From Clostridium sp. CAG:273 (GTDB lineage: Bacteria; Bacillota; Clostridia; TANB77; CAG-508): a stretch of 39,748 nt of DNA. Of the stretch, positions 1 through 7,991 are shown one piece after another. The notes beneath the pieces are model-generated. The model did no database searches. It was given only the letters and a program-made list of their open reading frames with translations, and was not told the DNA's origin. Location of the stretch: assembly GCA_000438355.1 (NCBI GenBank), contig FR901446.1:1-39748 (forward strand), written 5' to 3'. The position numbers were made by a program, and so were the translations under genes. Numbering within the stretch: position 1 is the stretch's first letter; each line of letters opens with the position of its first letter.

Positions 1-1258
1 TTCCATTTTCTAAAAAATCATAAATTTTATTAAGTTTAGACTTTTCCATTTCTAATTCTTTTTTTGTATTAGTAATAGATTTTTCAAATATTTTATTATT
101 TTCAGATTTTAAATTATCTTTAAACTTATAATTTATTTTATAATTTTTAAGCCAAATTTTTAATGCTTCAATTATTTTATTTTCTACAATATAGAGTTTA
201 GAACTTATATTATCACATTTAGAATTAGAACACATAAGGATAGCAGGTTTGTTAGTTTTAGTATAAGGTTTTCTTTGCATAGGTTTGCCACATTTTTTAC
301 AAAATACTAAGCCAACTAAAGGATTTTGAATAATACTATTATGATTTACTTTAGGAGCGTTTTGCTTTCTTTTTTCTTGTACTAAGTTCCAAGTTTTTGT
401 ATCAATAATAGATTCATGTAATCCATCATAAATTTCGTAATTGTAATTACGAGGTCTACTAATAATAAGATGACCATTTTGAGTTTTCTTTTTTTGACAT
501 CTCCTATTCCAAACAATTTTTCCAATATATGCAGGATTAGATAAGATATCTTTAACAGAAGAAATAGACCACTCATCTGCAATTCTAGGTTTCAAATTTA
601 AATTATTTAATTTTTTTGCAATTGAGTTTATAGTAAAATTTTCAAATGCATATAATCTAAAAATTTCTTTAACAATAGGTGCTTCTTGGGGATTTATAGA
701 TAAGGTAAATCCTTTTGAATTTTTTAGTTTAACCCTATTATAACCAAAAGGAGCAATATTTCCAACATATTTTCCTTCTTGACACGAAAGTTGACGACCC
801 CTTTGAAGACGTCTATTTATAGTCTTATATTCTCTCCTAGACATAAATAAGCCAAATTCAAAATATTCTTCATCAAATTCATTATCTGGATCATATGTTT
901 TAACAGGAGTAATTATTTTTGTATGAGAGTATTTAAATGCTTTTAAGACTAATCCTTGATCTGCAGTATCACCACGAGCAAGTCTTTCTACCTCTACAAC
1001 CAATATACCAGTCCACATTTCATTTTCAACATCTTTTAGAAGTTTTTGCATTTCTTTTCTTTCACTAATTGTTTCACCACTTACAACTTCCCTGTATATT
1101 TTTCCAATAGTTAAGTTTCTTTTTTCAGCTAAAGTAGTTAAAATTTTTTCATGCCTTGCTAAAGTTTCGCCTTCTCCATATTTTTCGGATTCTATATCTT
1201 CTCTAGATTTTCTTAAATATATTGCATATATGCCATTTTGCACATTTACTACTCGCAT
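1..1258 (-). CDS. Large serine recombinase (N-terminal resolvase domain; C-terminus runs off the left window edge)
   Basis: Hand translation of the reverse strand from ATG 1258..1256 gives MRVVNVQNGIYAIYLRKSREDIESEKYGEGETLARHEKILTTLAEKRNLTIGKIYREVV..., the catalytic-serine N-terminus of serine recombinases. Further on (about 310..190) the same frame reads LVFCKKCGKPMQRKPYTKTNKPAILMCSNSKCDN, a zinc-ribbon-like Cys cluster typical of the large (phage-integrase/SpoIVCA-like) subfamily. The ORF is not in the track because the frame stays open to the window edge. Confidence 0.85.
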   Translation of the reverse strand, partial: MRVVNVQNGIYAIYLRKSREDIESEKYGEGETLARHEKILTTLAEKRNLTIGKIYREVVSGETISERKEMQKLLKDVENEMWTGILVVEVERLARGDTADQGLVLKAFKYSHTKIITPVKTYDPDNEFDEEYFEFGLFMSRREYKTINRRLQRGRQLSCQEGKYVGNIAPFGYNRVKLKNSKGFTLSINPQEAPIVKEIFRLYAFENFTINSIAKKLNNLNLKPRIADEWSISSVKDILSNPAYIGKIVWNRRCQKKKTQNGHLIISRPRNYNYEIYDGLHESIIDTKTWNLVQEKRKQNAPKVNHNSIIQNPLVGLVFCKKCGKPMQRKPYTKTNKPAILMCSNSKCDNISSKLYIVENKIIEALKIWLKNYKINYKFKDNLKSENNKIFEKSITNTKKELEMEKSKLNKIYDFLENG

Positions 1259-1332
1259 AATGAACTATAACATTATACGAACTCCTTTCTTTTAAGATTT
1301 AAAAAATTAAGGTTATATTTTATAGCAAGTTA

Positions 1333-1473
1333 CTATAAAGAAGTATATATTTTTTCTATTAAGTTGATTATGATATTATTTATATATTCTTTTTGATTAG
1401 CTGCATTTTCTACTATATAATCATCATAAAATTTTACTTTTGTATTTTCTAAAATATATTCGTCTATTATCAT
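1333..1473 (-). CDS. Small hypothetical protein (46 aa from ATG 1473; track ORF extends to 1521) just upstream of the recombinase gene
   Basis: Open frame MIIDEYILENTKVKFYDDYIVENAANQKEYINNIIINLIEKIYTSL lies on the recombinase strand and ends about 75 nt before its ATG. A GGGG patch a few nt upstream of ATG 1473 is a weak SD. No recognisable motif; it may be non-coding. Confidence 0.25.
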   Translation of the reverse strand: MIIDEYILENTKVKFYDDYIVENAANQKEYINNIIINLIEKIYTSL

Positions 1474-1609
1474 ACAAATCGCCCCATTTAACTTTATGAA
1501 AAAAACATAAAAAAATACCAAAATATTTAATTACAAAAGTAAATTCCAGTTTTAAAATAAATTTGGAATTTATGTTTTTAATTTATTCAATTGATAAAAC
1601 ATAAAAAAC

Positions 1610-1651
1610 AAGTTAGATGGTTTGAAAATTATCTAACTTATGTGATATAAT
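1610..1651 (+). promoter_or_regulatory. Sigma-A-type promoter with an overlapping perfect 9-bp inverted repeat (candidate operator) upstream of the hydrolase gene
   Basis: TTGAAA (1622..1627), 18-nt spacer, then TGaTATAAT extended -10 (1643..1651). AAGTTAGAT (1610..1618) and ATCTAACTT (1631..1639) are exact reverse complements and bracket the -35. Confidence 0.45.
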
Positions 1652-1688
1652 CCAAAAAAATATAAATAATATTGCAAAGGAGGACAAT

Positions 1689-2663
1689 ATGTGTACATGT
1701 ATAAATTTAAAAACAAAAGATAATTATTTTGGGAGAAATTTGGATTTAGAATATCGTTTTGATGAAAAAGTAGTTATTACTCCAAGAAACTATGAATTTA
1801 AATTAAAAAATAAAAAAAAAATATGTACTAAGTATGCTCTAATTGGAATGGCTACAACTTTTGAAGATTATCCATTGTATGCTGAAGCGACGAACGAAAA
1901 AGGATTATCTATGGCAGGATTATATTTTCCTGGAAATGCACATTTTTATGATGAGAAAGATGGTAAACTAAACTTAGCACCATATGAGCTAATACCTTAT
2001 TTTTTAGGAAATTATTCAAGTATAAAAGAAATAAAACAAGAATTAGAAATGTTAAATATTACAAATATACCATTTTCTGAGAACCTACCAACTACTGATT
2101 TACATTGGATGATGTGTGACAAAAACGAATGTATTGTTATTGAACAAATGGAAGAAGGTTTAAATATTTATGATAATCCACTCGGAGTGCTTACTAATAA
2201 TCCGCCATTTAATTATCACTTAGCCAATATTAATAATTATAGTAATTTAACTCCATATTATGAAAAAAGTAAATTTTCGGATAAAATAGAGTTAAAACAA
2301 TATGGTCAGGGAATGGGAGCAATAGGATTGCCAGGAGACAATTCACCTGCATCAAGATTTATAAGAGCTAGTTTTAATAAATTAAATTCAAATTGCAAAG
2401 ATGATGAGAAAAGTTCTATAACTCAATTTTTCCATATATTAGATTCAGTTGCTATGGTAAAAGGAACTACTATAACTAAAGAAAACAAGGATGATATTAC
2501 AACTTATTCTTGCTGTATAAATACAGATAAGGGTATTTATTATTATAAAACATATAACAACAATCAAATTGTGGCAATTAAAATGACAGAAAAAGAAAAA
2601 AATATGGACAAATTGTCAATTTATAATTTAATAGAAGAACAACAAATAAAATATGAAAATTAA
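1689..2663 (+). CDS. bsh: Choloylglycine hydrolase family protein (bile salt hydrolase / penicillin V acylase type Ntn hydrolase)
   Basis: The protein starts MCT.. (Cys2 N-terminal nucleophile). Motifs FGRNLDLEY, NEKGLSMAGLYFP, TDLHWMM, GVLTNNPPFNYH, GLPGDNSPASRFIR and GIYYYKTYNNNQI match the Clostridium perfringens CBAH-type family along the whole length. AGGAGG SD lies 7 nt upstream. Confidence 0.88.
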   Translation: MCTCINLKTKDNYFGRNLDLEYRFDEKVVITPRNYEFKLKNKKKICTKYALIGMATTFEDYPLYAEATNEKGLSMAGLYFPGNAHFYDEKDGKLNLAPYELIPYFLGNYSSIKEIKQELEMLNITNIPFSENLPTTDLHWMMCDKNECIVIEQMEEGLNIYDNPLGVLTNNPPFNYHLANINNYSNLTPYYEKSKFSDKIELKQYGQGMGAIGLPGDNSPASRFIRASFNKLNSNCKDDEKSSITQFFHILDSVAMVKGTTITKENKDDITTYSCCINTDKGIYYYKTYNNNQIVAIKMTEKEKNMDKLSIYNLIEEQQIKYEN

Positions 2664-2725
2664 AAAAAATAATAAGCTTAGATAAATGGAAATAAGTAAA
2701 AAATTATTAGTATTGACAACATTGT

Positions 2726-3205
2726 GGTACAGAAGAATTGGCACACTTAGAAATGGTTGGAACAATAGTGCATCAATTAACAGAAGGGCTTTGCCCAGAA
2801 GAAATAAAAGCAGCAGGATTAGGTGCATATTATACAGACCATGGGGTAGATGTATATCCACAGTCAGCAGCAGGAGTTCCATTTACAGCAGCATATATTG
2901 CAGCAAAAGGAGATCCTATAGCAAATCTTCAAGAAGATTTAGCAGCAGAACAAAAAGCAAGGGCGACATATGAAAAATTAATTGACTTATGTTGTGACGA
3001 CCCAGATGTTTTAGACCCACTTCGTTTCTTAAGAGAAAGAGAAGTAGTACACTTCCAAAGATTTGGAGAAGCACTTCGTGGAGTACAAGATAAACTAGCA
3101 GAAAAAAGATTTTTTATGAATGATACAAATATGGCTAACATGATGAGTAATAACTGTAATGGATGCAGTGATTGTAATAATGCAAATAATTGTGGATGCA
3201 ATTAG
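2726..3205 (+). pseudogene. cotJC: Manganese catalase / spore coat protein CotJC family, 3' fragment only (about 60 N-terminal residues missing)
   Basis: GTEELAHLEMVGTIVHQL..AAGVPFTAAYIAAKGDPIANLQEDLAAEQKARATYEKLI..LRFLREREVVHFQRFGEAL matches the central and C-terminal parts of CotJC-type Mn catalases. An in-frame TGA at 2714..2716 sits upstream. The only possible start is TTG 2738, which has no SD. The bsh stop is at 2663, so there is no room for the missing N-terminal helix. Confidence 0.8.
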
Positions 3206-3221
3206 ATTGAAATAATAAATA

Positions 3222-3262
3222 AAAGACTCTTATGTAATTTAAAATAAGAGTCTTTATTTATT
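3222..3262. terminator. Bidirectional intrinsic terminator between the convergent catalase fragment and thioesterase gene
   Basis: AAAGACTCTTAT (3222..3233) pairs perfectly with ATAAGAGTCTTT (3244..3255). The stem is flanked by an A-run and a T-run. Confidence 0.75.
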
Positions 3263-3265
3263 TGA

Positions 3266-4000
3266 TTAATATAATTTTACAATTGCATGTAATTGTTTAT
3301 TATCTAAACTTTTAATTGTTACATAATGAGCATTATCTATTTTTGAATATAGACATTTTACAGTGTCTCCTAATCGGATAGATGTTTTATACATAATTTC
3401 TAAATTATTACATTCTGGACTATTATAAACATCTTCAGGCAAAGCTTCATAAGCTAAATATAAATAATTTAAATTGTGCATATGCTTGTTTACATCAATA
3501 TCTCTTCTTTGAGTTTTATAAATATATTCAGAGAAATACTCTTTAGGCTCGATTAATTTTTTTATATCACTATTATCATCACTTGAAAAAACACTTTTAT
3601 CCTCTGGAAAATATTTATTAATTATTTCATCAGTTATAGTAGTAATGGTTTCTCTTTTTATATCTATTAAAGTCCATTTAGTTGTAGCAATACAAATTAT
3701 ATTATCATTTTTATCTAGTATTTCAAAATCACGTAATGTAGTAAACTTTTTAGAAGGTCTTGACCATGTACGAACTTTTATAATATCTGCATATTTTACT
3801 CTTTTTAAAATTTTAACTTTCCATGCTAAAAGAATCCAAGATAGACCTGTATTATTGATATCATTAAATCCATAACCTGCAACGTCTGAATGCTTGCAAG
3901 CAGTATCTTCTAATAAACTAAGAATTCCCATATTAGTAATAAAACCATTAGGTGCAACATGTGATACATCTATAGTATATTCTTTTTCAAAAAATGCCAT
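3266..4000 (-). CDS. Acyl-[acyl-carrier-protein] thioesterase
   Basis: 244 aa double hot-dog layout. The C-terminal half has RRDIDVNKHMHNLNYLYLAYEALP, which resembles the R.lDiD.N.HV.N..Y..w motif of bacterial/plant FatA/B-type acyl-ACP thioesterases. Confidence 0.8.
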   Translation of the reverse strand: MAFFEKEYTIDVSHVAPNGFITNMGILSLLEDTACKHSDVAGYGFNDINNTGLSWILLAWKVKILKRVKYADIIKVRTWSRPSKKFTTLRDFEILDKNDNIICIATTKWTLIDIKRETITTITDEIINKYFPEDKSVFSSDDNSDIKKLIEPKEYFSEYIYKTQRRDIDVNKHMHNLNYLYLAYEALPEDVYNSPECNNLEIMYKTSIRLGDTVKCLYSKIDNAHYVTIKSLDNKQLHAIVKLY

Positions 4001-4305
4001 TTAAAAACCTTCTTTCTCTATTTTTCGAAACAGATTATAGCATAAAAATATAAAAAATACAAATTGCGTGAAAATATATTTTTGTAGTATAATTATTATG
4101 TTTCTATACTAAAAGTGAAAATGAAATAATGCAAAATAATTAGAAATTGAATTTAATAACTATAATAACAAGCTAGATTATCTAATTTATAGATAAATGT
4201 ATAAAACAAAAAAATATAAAAACATAGAAATATAAAAAAAGATTGGAAAGTATAAAAATAAAATAATTTAGAAATTAAAAGATAAATAATGGAGATGAAT
4301 AATAA

Positions 4306-5187
4306 ATGAAAGAACTAAATAGTTGTACAATATGTCCACACAACTGTAAAATTAATAGAAATAATGGGCAAATAGGAAGATGTAGAAGCGGAGATAAAGT
4401 GAAAATTGCTTTAGCATCTGTACATAATTATGAAGAACCATGTATAAGTGATAAAAATGGCTCTGGAACAATATTTTTTAGTAATTGTAATTTAAGTTGT
4501 ATTTATTGTCAAAACTATAAAATAAGTCAATTAGGAAAAGGTTATGAACTATCTGTGGAAGAATTGGCGAATATTATGCTAAAACAACAAGAAAAAGGTG
4601 TAAATAATATAAACTTAGTAACACCAACAATGTATGTTTATCAAATAATAGAAGCTATAAAAATTGCAAGAAAAAGAGGATTAAAGATTCCAATTATATA
4701 CAATACAAATGGATATGAAAATGTTAAAACAATACAACACTTAAATGGATATGTAGATATATATTTGCCAGATTTAAAATATTACTCTAATGAGATATCT
4801 AAAAAATACTCTAAAATTGATAACTACTTTAAATATGCTACAGAAGCTATAAAAGAAATGTATAAACAAGTAGGGAGTCCAATATTTGATGAAAATGGAA
4901 TAATAAAAAAAGGATTAATAATAAGACATCTTGTTTTACCAAATCATTTGCAAAATAGCAAACATATATTAAAATGGATAAAAGAAAATATGCCAGAAGA
5001 TACATATGTTAGTGTGATGGCACAGTATTTTCCTACATATAAAGCAAAAGAAGATAATCTAATAAACAGAAAATTAAATAAAAAGGAATATAGAGAGATA
5101 GAAGAATTTTTATATACACTAAACTTAGAAAACGGTTATATGCAAGAACTTGGAGAACATGAAGAAGAATATGTACCAAACTTTTAA
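4306..5187 (+). CDS. Radical SAM protein, PflX-like (pyruvate formate-lyase activase-related)
   Basis: CNLSCIYCQNY is a CxxxCxxC radical SAM cluster. An N-terminal extra Cys motif CTICPHNCKINRNNGQIGRC is present. Length (293 aa) and layout resemble the COG1313/PflX family. Confidence 0.8.
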   Translation: MKELNSCTICPHNCKINRNNGQIGRCRSGDKVKIALASVHNYEEPCISDKNGSGTIFFSNCNLSCIYCQNYKISQLGKGYELSVEELANIMLKQQEKGVNNINLVTPTMYVYQIIEAIKIARKRGLKIPIIYNTNGYENVKTIQHLNGYVDIYLPDLKYYSNEISKKYSKIDNYFKYATEAIKEMYKQVGSPIFDENGIIKKGLIIRHLVLPNHLQNSKHILKWIKENMPEDTYVSVMAQYFPTYKAKEDNLINRKLNKKEYREIEEFLYTLNLENGYMQELGEHEEEYVPNF

Positions 5188-5316
5188 TTGGTAAAATAAA
5201 AATATAATTAATAGTAAAAAATATAAATATTTAAGAAATATTACGATATTTATGAATACCAAATTAAAATGTTTATAAATATTAAATTCTTTAGGTAAAA
5301 TTCAGATTTATGAAAT

Positions 5317-5420
5317 AGTAAATTTAAATATTATAGGTTTTAAATAAATATGTCACAAGTAAATTTAAGTAATATAGGCTTAAAATGGATATGTTACAAG
5401 TAAATTTAAATAAATTATTG
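5317..5420. repeat. About 2.4 tandem copies of a 41-bp AT-rich repeat upstream of thyA
   Basis: Unit A (5317..5357) is AGTAAATTTAAATATTATAGGTTTTAAATAAATATGTCACA. Unit B (5358..5398) is AGTAAATTTAAGTAATATAGGCTTAAAATGGATATGTTACA, identical at 34 of 41 positions by hand alignment. A third unit from 5399 shares the first ~15 nt. Confidence 0.7.
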
Positions 5421-5492
5421 AAAATAAAATTTACTTATGATAAATTTATAAAAGATTAATTGTAAAAAATATTGTTATTGGAGGAATAAAAT

Positions 5493-6350
5493 ATGACACA
5501 AGCAGATAAAAATTTTATTGAAACATGTAAAGAAATAATAGAACATGGATATTCTTCAGAAGGAACAGGAGTAAGAACTAGATGGCAAGATGGAGAAGAA
5601 GCAAATTATATTTCAATTGTTGGAGTTACAAATAAATATGATGTAGAAAAAGAATTTCCAATGATTACACTTAGAAATAACACAAAAACAGTAATAAATG
5701 CTATAGACGAAATATTATGGATATGGCAAAAAAAATCTAACAATATTAATGATTTAAATTCACATATATGGGACCAATGGGCAAATGAAGATGGATCACT
5801 TGGGAAAACATATGGATATCAATTAGGAAAAAAGTATAAATTTAAAACAAAAGAAGGTATACAAGAGATGGACCAAGTTGACTATGTTTTATATTTACTA
5901 AAACATGACCAAGCAAGCAGACGTATAATGACAAATCTTTTTAACCATGAAGAACTAAAGGACATGAACTTAGAACCATGTGCATATGTAACACAGTGGC
6001 TAGTAAAAGATGGAAAATTACATTTAATATTAAATCAACGTTCACAAGATATGCTAGCTGCAAATGGATGGAATACAATGCAATATGCAGCATTAATGCA
6101 TATGTTTGCCCAATGTGCAGGGTTAAAAGTAGGAACTTTAACACATAATATAGGAGATTGTCATATATATGATAGACATGTACCACTTGTAAAAAAATTA
6201 ATAGAAGCCAAGCCAATGGATGTAACACCAAAACTAATTATAAAAAATCCAACAAAAAATTTCTATGAATTTAAAGTGGAAGATTTTGAAATTGAAGGAT
6301 ATGATTATAACAAAGAAGTAAAAATAGGAAAATTTCCAGTAGCAATATAA
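5493..6350 (+). CDS. thyA: Thymidylate synthase (ThyA)
   Basis: The protein is co-linear with Bacillus ThyA-type enzymes: MTQ.DK.., EILWIWQKKSNNINDL, DQVDYVLYLLKHDQASRRIM, LEPCAYVTQW (catalytic Cys), NQRSQDM and NIGDCHIYDRH. GGAGG SD is present. Confidence 0.95.
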   Translation: MTQADKNFIETCKEIIEHGYSSEGTGVRTRWQDGEEANYISIVGVTNKYDVEKEFPMITLRNNTKTVINAIDEILWIWQKKSNNINDLNSHIWDQWANEDGSLGKTYGYQLGKKYKFKTKEGIQEMDQVDYVLYLLKHDQASRRIMTNLFNHEELKDMNLEPCAYVTQWLVKDGKLHLILNQRSQDMLAANGWNTMQYAALMHMFAQCAGLKVGTLTHNIGDCHIYDRHVPLVKKLIEAKPMDVTPKLIIKNPTKNFYEFKVEDFEIEGYDYNKEVKIGKFPVAI

Positions 6351-6458
6351 GAGAGAATGTAATATAAAAAATTAATAAAATATTAGATTGAATTAGTAAA
6401 ATAAAAATTAAAAACAAGTAAAATACATAAAAGCCAATAAAGAAGGAGATTAATTGTA

Positions 6459-6947
6459 ATGTTAAGTATTATAGTAGCTGTAGCAAACAATAATGTAATA
6501 GGAAAAGATAATAAGCTAATTTGGCATTTACCAGAAGATTTAAAGAGGTTTAAAGCTTTAACAACTGGACATACTATTATAATGGGAAGAAAAACTTTTG
6601 AGTCATTAGGAAGAGTATTACCAAATAGAAAACACATTGTATTATGTAATGATGTAAACTTAAATATAGAAAATGAAAATGTAGAAGTTTTATCGGATAT
6701 AAGTATGTTAGAAAAATATATAAACTCTGCTGAAGAAAACTTTGTTATAGGTGGGGCAACAATATATAAATTATTACTACCAAAAGCAAGTAAATTATAT
6801 ATAACAAAAATAAACCAAAACTTTGAAGGTGACGCATTTTTTCCAGAGATAAATCAAGAAGAATGGGAAATAGAATCTAAAGAGATTGGAATAAAAGACG
6901 AGAAAAATCCATATGATTATGAATATATAAACTATGTAAGAAAATAA
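6459..6947 (+). CDS. folA: Dihydrofolate reductase
   Basis: MLSIIVAVANNNVIGKDNKLIWHLPEDLKRFKALTTGHTIIMGRKTFESLG is the canonical DHFR N-terminus. The protein is 162 aa and lies immediately downstream of thyA. Confidence 0.93.
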   Translation: MLSIIVAVANNNVIGKDNKLIWHLPEDLKRFKALTTGHTIIMGRKTFESLGRVLPNRKHIVLCNDVNLNIENENVEVLSDISMLEKYINSAEENFVIGGATIYKLLLPKASKLYITKINQNFEGDAFFPEINQEEWEIESKEIGIKDEKNPYDYEYINYVRK

Positions 6948-6951
6948 TAAA

Positions 6952-6982
6952 AAGTCTATTCATTTTAAAAGTGAATAGACTT
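6952..6982 (+). terminator. Intrinsic terminator after folA
   Basis: AAGTCTATTCA (6952..6962) pairs with TGAATAGACTT (6972..6982), 5 nt after the stop. The downstream tail is T-rich but interrupted. Confidence 0.55.
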
Positions 6983-7124
6983 ACATATTTATTCATCTAC
7001 GCATTTATTATTCGCAAGTAGAGTTGCGAAAGACATTTACTACAATAATTATATGAAGTTTTACCTAGAATGTCAATATTATAGTGTTAATATTATTACA
7101 AAAATATATAAATCTATTCAATTT

Positions 7125-7727
7125 TTAATAAGCTATATTGCCTAGAGTAACTGCATATTGTTCGTAATTTGGCATATATGTACCAATCATTTTCCAAAAA
7201 TTTTTTGTACGAATTTTGTATTTTAAATGGCAGAATTCATGTAAAATAACATATTCTATAGTTTTTTCATCATATGCAACTATATCTGGATTAATTGTTA
7301 TAAAACTATTCTCTACATTGCAGTTAGCTAAAGATTTGTTTATTCTTTTTATTTCATAATCTTCTGGTGCTAATCCAGTTTCTATACGAACTTTTTCCAT
7401 AATTTTTTCTATTTCTGTTTCTGCAATTTTATCATACAATTTTTGTGTTAATACTTTTAATATTTGTTCTTCTTGAAATTTTTTATATTTGTTTGGAAGA
7501 ATAATTTCTAAAGTTTGATTTTTAACATTCATTGTAGGTACTTTTACATTTTTATAATATAAATTTATATTATGCTTTATACCTAAGATTTTAATAGTGC
7601 GAACATTGAAATTTACAGAATTACCTATAAAAATTGGATTATTTATAATAGATGCACAAACATTACTTTTTATAGTATTTGCAACGCTTCTAGATTTTGT
7701 AGTTGCTTTAATTTTTAATAAATTCAT
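7125..7727 (-). CDS. YgjP-like (DUF45 / M48-related) metal-dependent hydrolase
   Basis: The C-terminal HEFCHLKYKIRTKNFWKMIGTYMPNYEQ matches the HExxH..FW......P.Y signature of YgjP-type proteins. I prefer the start at ATG 7727 (MNLLKIK) because GGAGGT lies 6 nt upstream. The track ORF extends to 7808 without an SD. Confidence 0.75.
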   Translation of the reverse strand: MNLLKIKATTKSRSVANTIKSNVCASIINNPIFIGNSVNFNVRTIKILGIKHNINLYYKNVKVPTMNVKNQTLEIILPNKYKKFQEEQILKVLTQKLYDKIAETEIEKIMEKVRIETGLAPEDYEIKRINKSLANCNVENSFITINPDIVAYDEKTIEYVILHEFCHLKYKIRTKNFWKMIGTYMPNYEQYAVTLGNIAY

Positions 7728-7991
7728 ATTAATACCTCCAAACATTTGATATACGAACGACTGTTCTAAAACTATAAATATAATACAAAAAAATGTTCGT
7801 GTTGTCAATAGATTTTTTACAAAAATTTTAAAAAAGTTATATATGCTTAGAAACTGTAAGAAAGAAATTGCTAAATATATAAAAATGTAAAATTTATTGC
7901 TAATTTTTAATAATTTAAACTTTAAATAAGTATTATAAATTAAATTGTATAAATGTATTAAAAACAGAAAAAATAATATAGGGTGAATAAA

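Larger units (their letters stand above)
1..2725. mobile_element. Right-hand part of a putative integrated element (serine recombinase + small ORF + choloylglycine hydrolase) inserted in a cotJC-like gene; left end outside the window
   Basis: A recombinase gene lies about 1.5 kb from the point (about 2715-2726) where Mn-catalase homology starts abruptly in mid-gene. The boundary is inferred only from that homology break. No att site could be verified. Confidence 0.45.

Noticed and set aside
1259-1286. The only good SD (AGGAG, complement of 1282..1286) lies 23 nt from the recombinase ATG. It is instead correctly spaced for a 2-codon mini-ORF (ATG TTA TAG, complement of 1273..1265) ending 6 nt before the recombinase start.
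   Set aside because: This could indicate termination-reinitiation control of recombinase translation. However, a 2-codon ORF in AT-rich DNA is easily fortuitous, and I have no comparative support.
1541-1571. Hairpin AAATTCCA / TGGAATTT between the divergent small ORF and the hydrolase gene.
   Set aside because: It lies upstream of both flanking genes, so it has no obvious terminator role. The stem is AT-rich and 8 bp. Not enough evidence to call a feature.
2689-2737. Possible extension of catalase homology in the neighbouring frame. KKLLVLTTL resembles ..LLTDI.. before GTEE, which would imply a 1-nt frameshift near 2722..2725.
   Set aside because: The similarity covers only a few hydrophobic/Thr residues in AT-rich sequence. 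It could equally be att-site microhomology. I cannot decide without an alignment. It is kept as a caveat to the split-gene hypothesis rather than called.
2628-3201. Track ORFs 2628..2882 (-), 2686..2973 (+) and 2929..3201 (-), which overlap the catalase fragment. Also the TTG 2738 start proposed for the 155-aa ORF.
   Set aside because: Only the frame containing GTEELAHLEM...FLREREVVHFQRFGEAL has recognisable homology (Mn catalase). The others are low-complexity shadows. TTG 2738 has no SD and lies inside the conserved region, so it is not a genuine start.
7021-7040. 7-bp hairpin TTCGCAA-GTAGAG-TTGCGAA downstream of the YgjP-like gene.
   Set aside because: The stem is short and has no U-tract on either strand. 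It may be a weak terminator but is not supportable.
5188-7124. thyA-folA as a mobile trimethoprim-resistance-type cassette, since it is flanked by long AT-rich spacers and repeats.
   Set aside because: There is no recombinase, no inverted terminal repeats and no composition shift. thyA-folA adjacency is a common chromosomal housekeeping arrangement.
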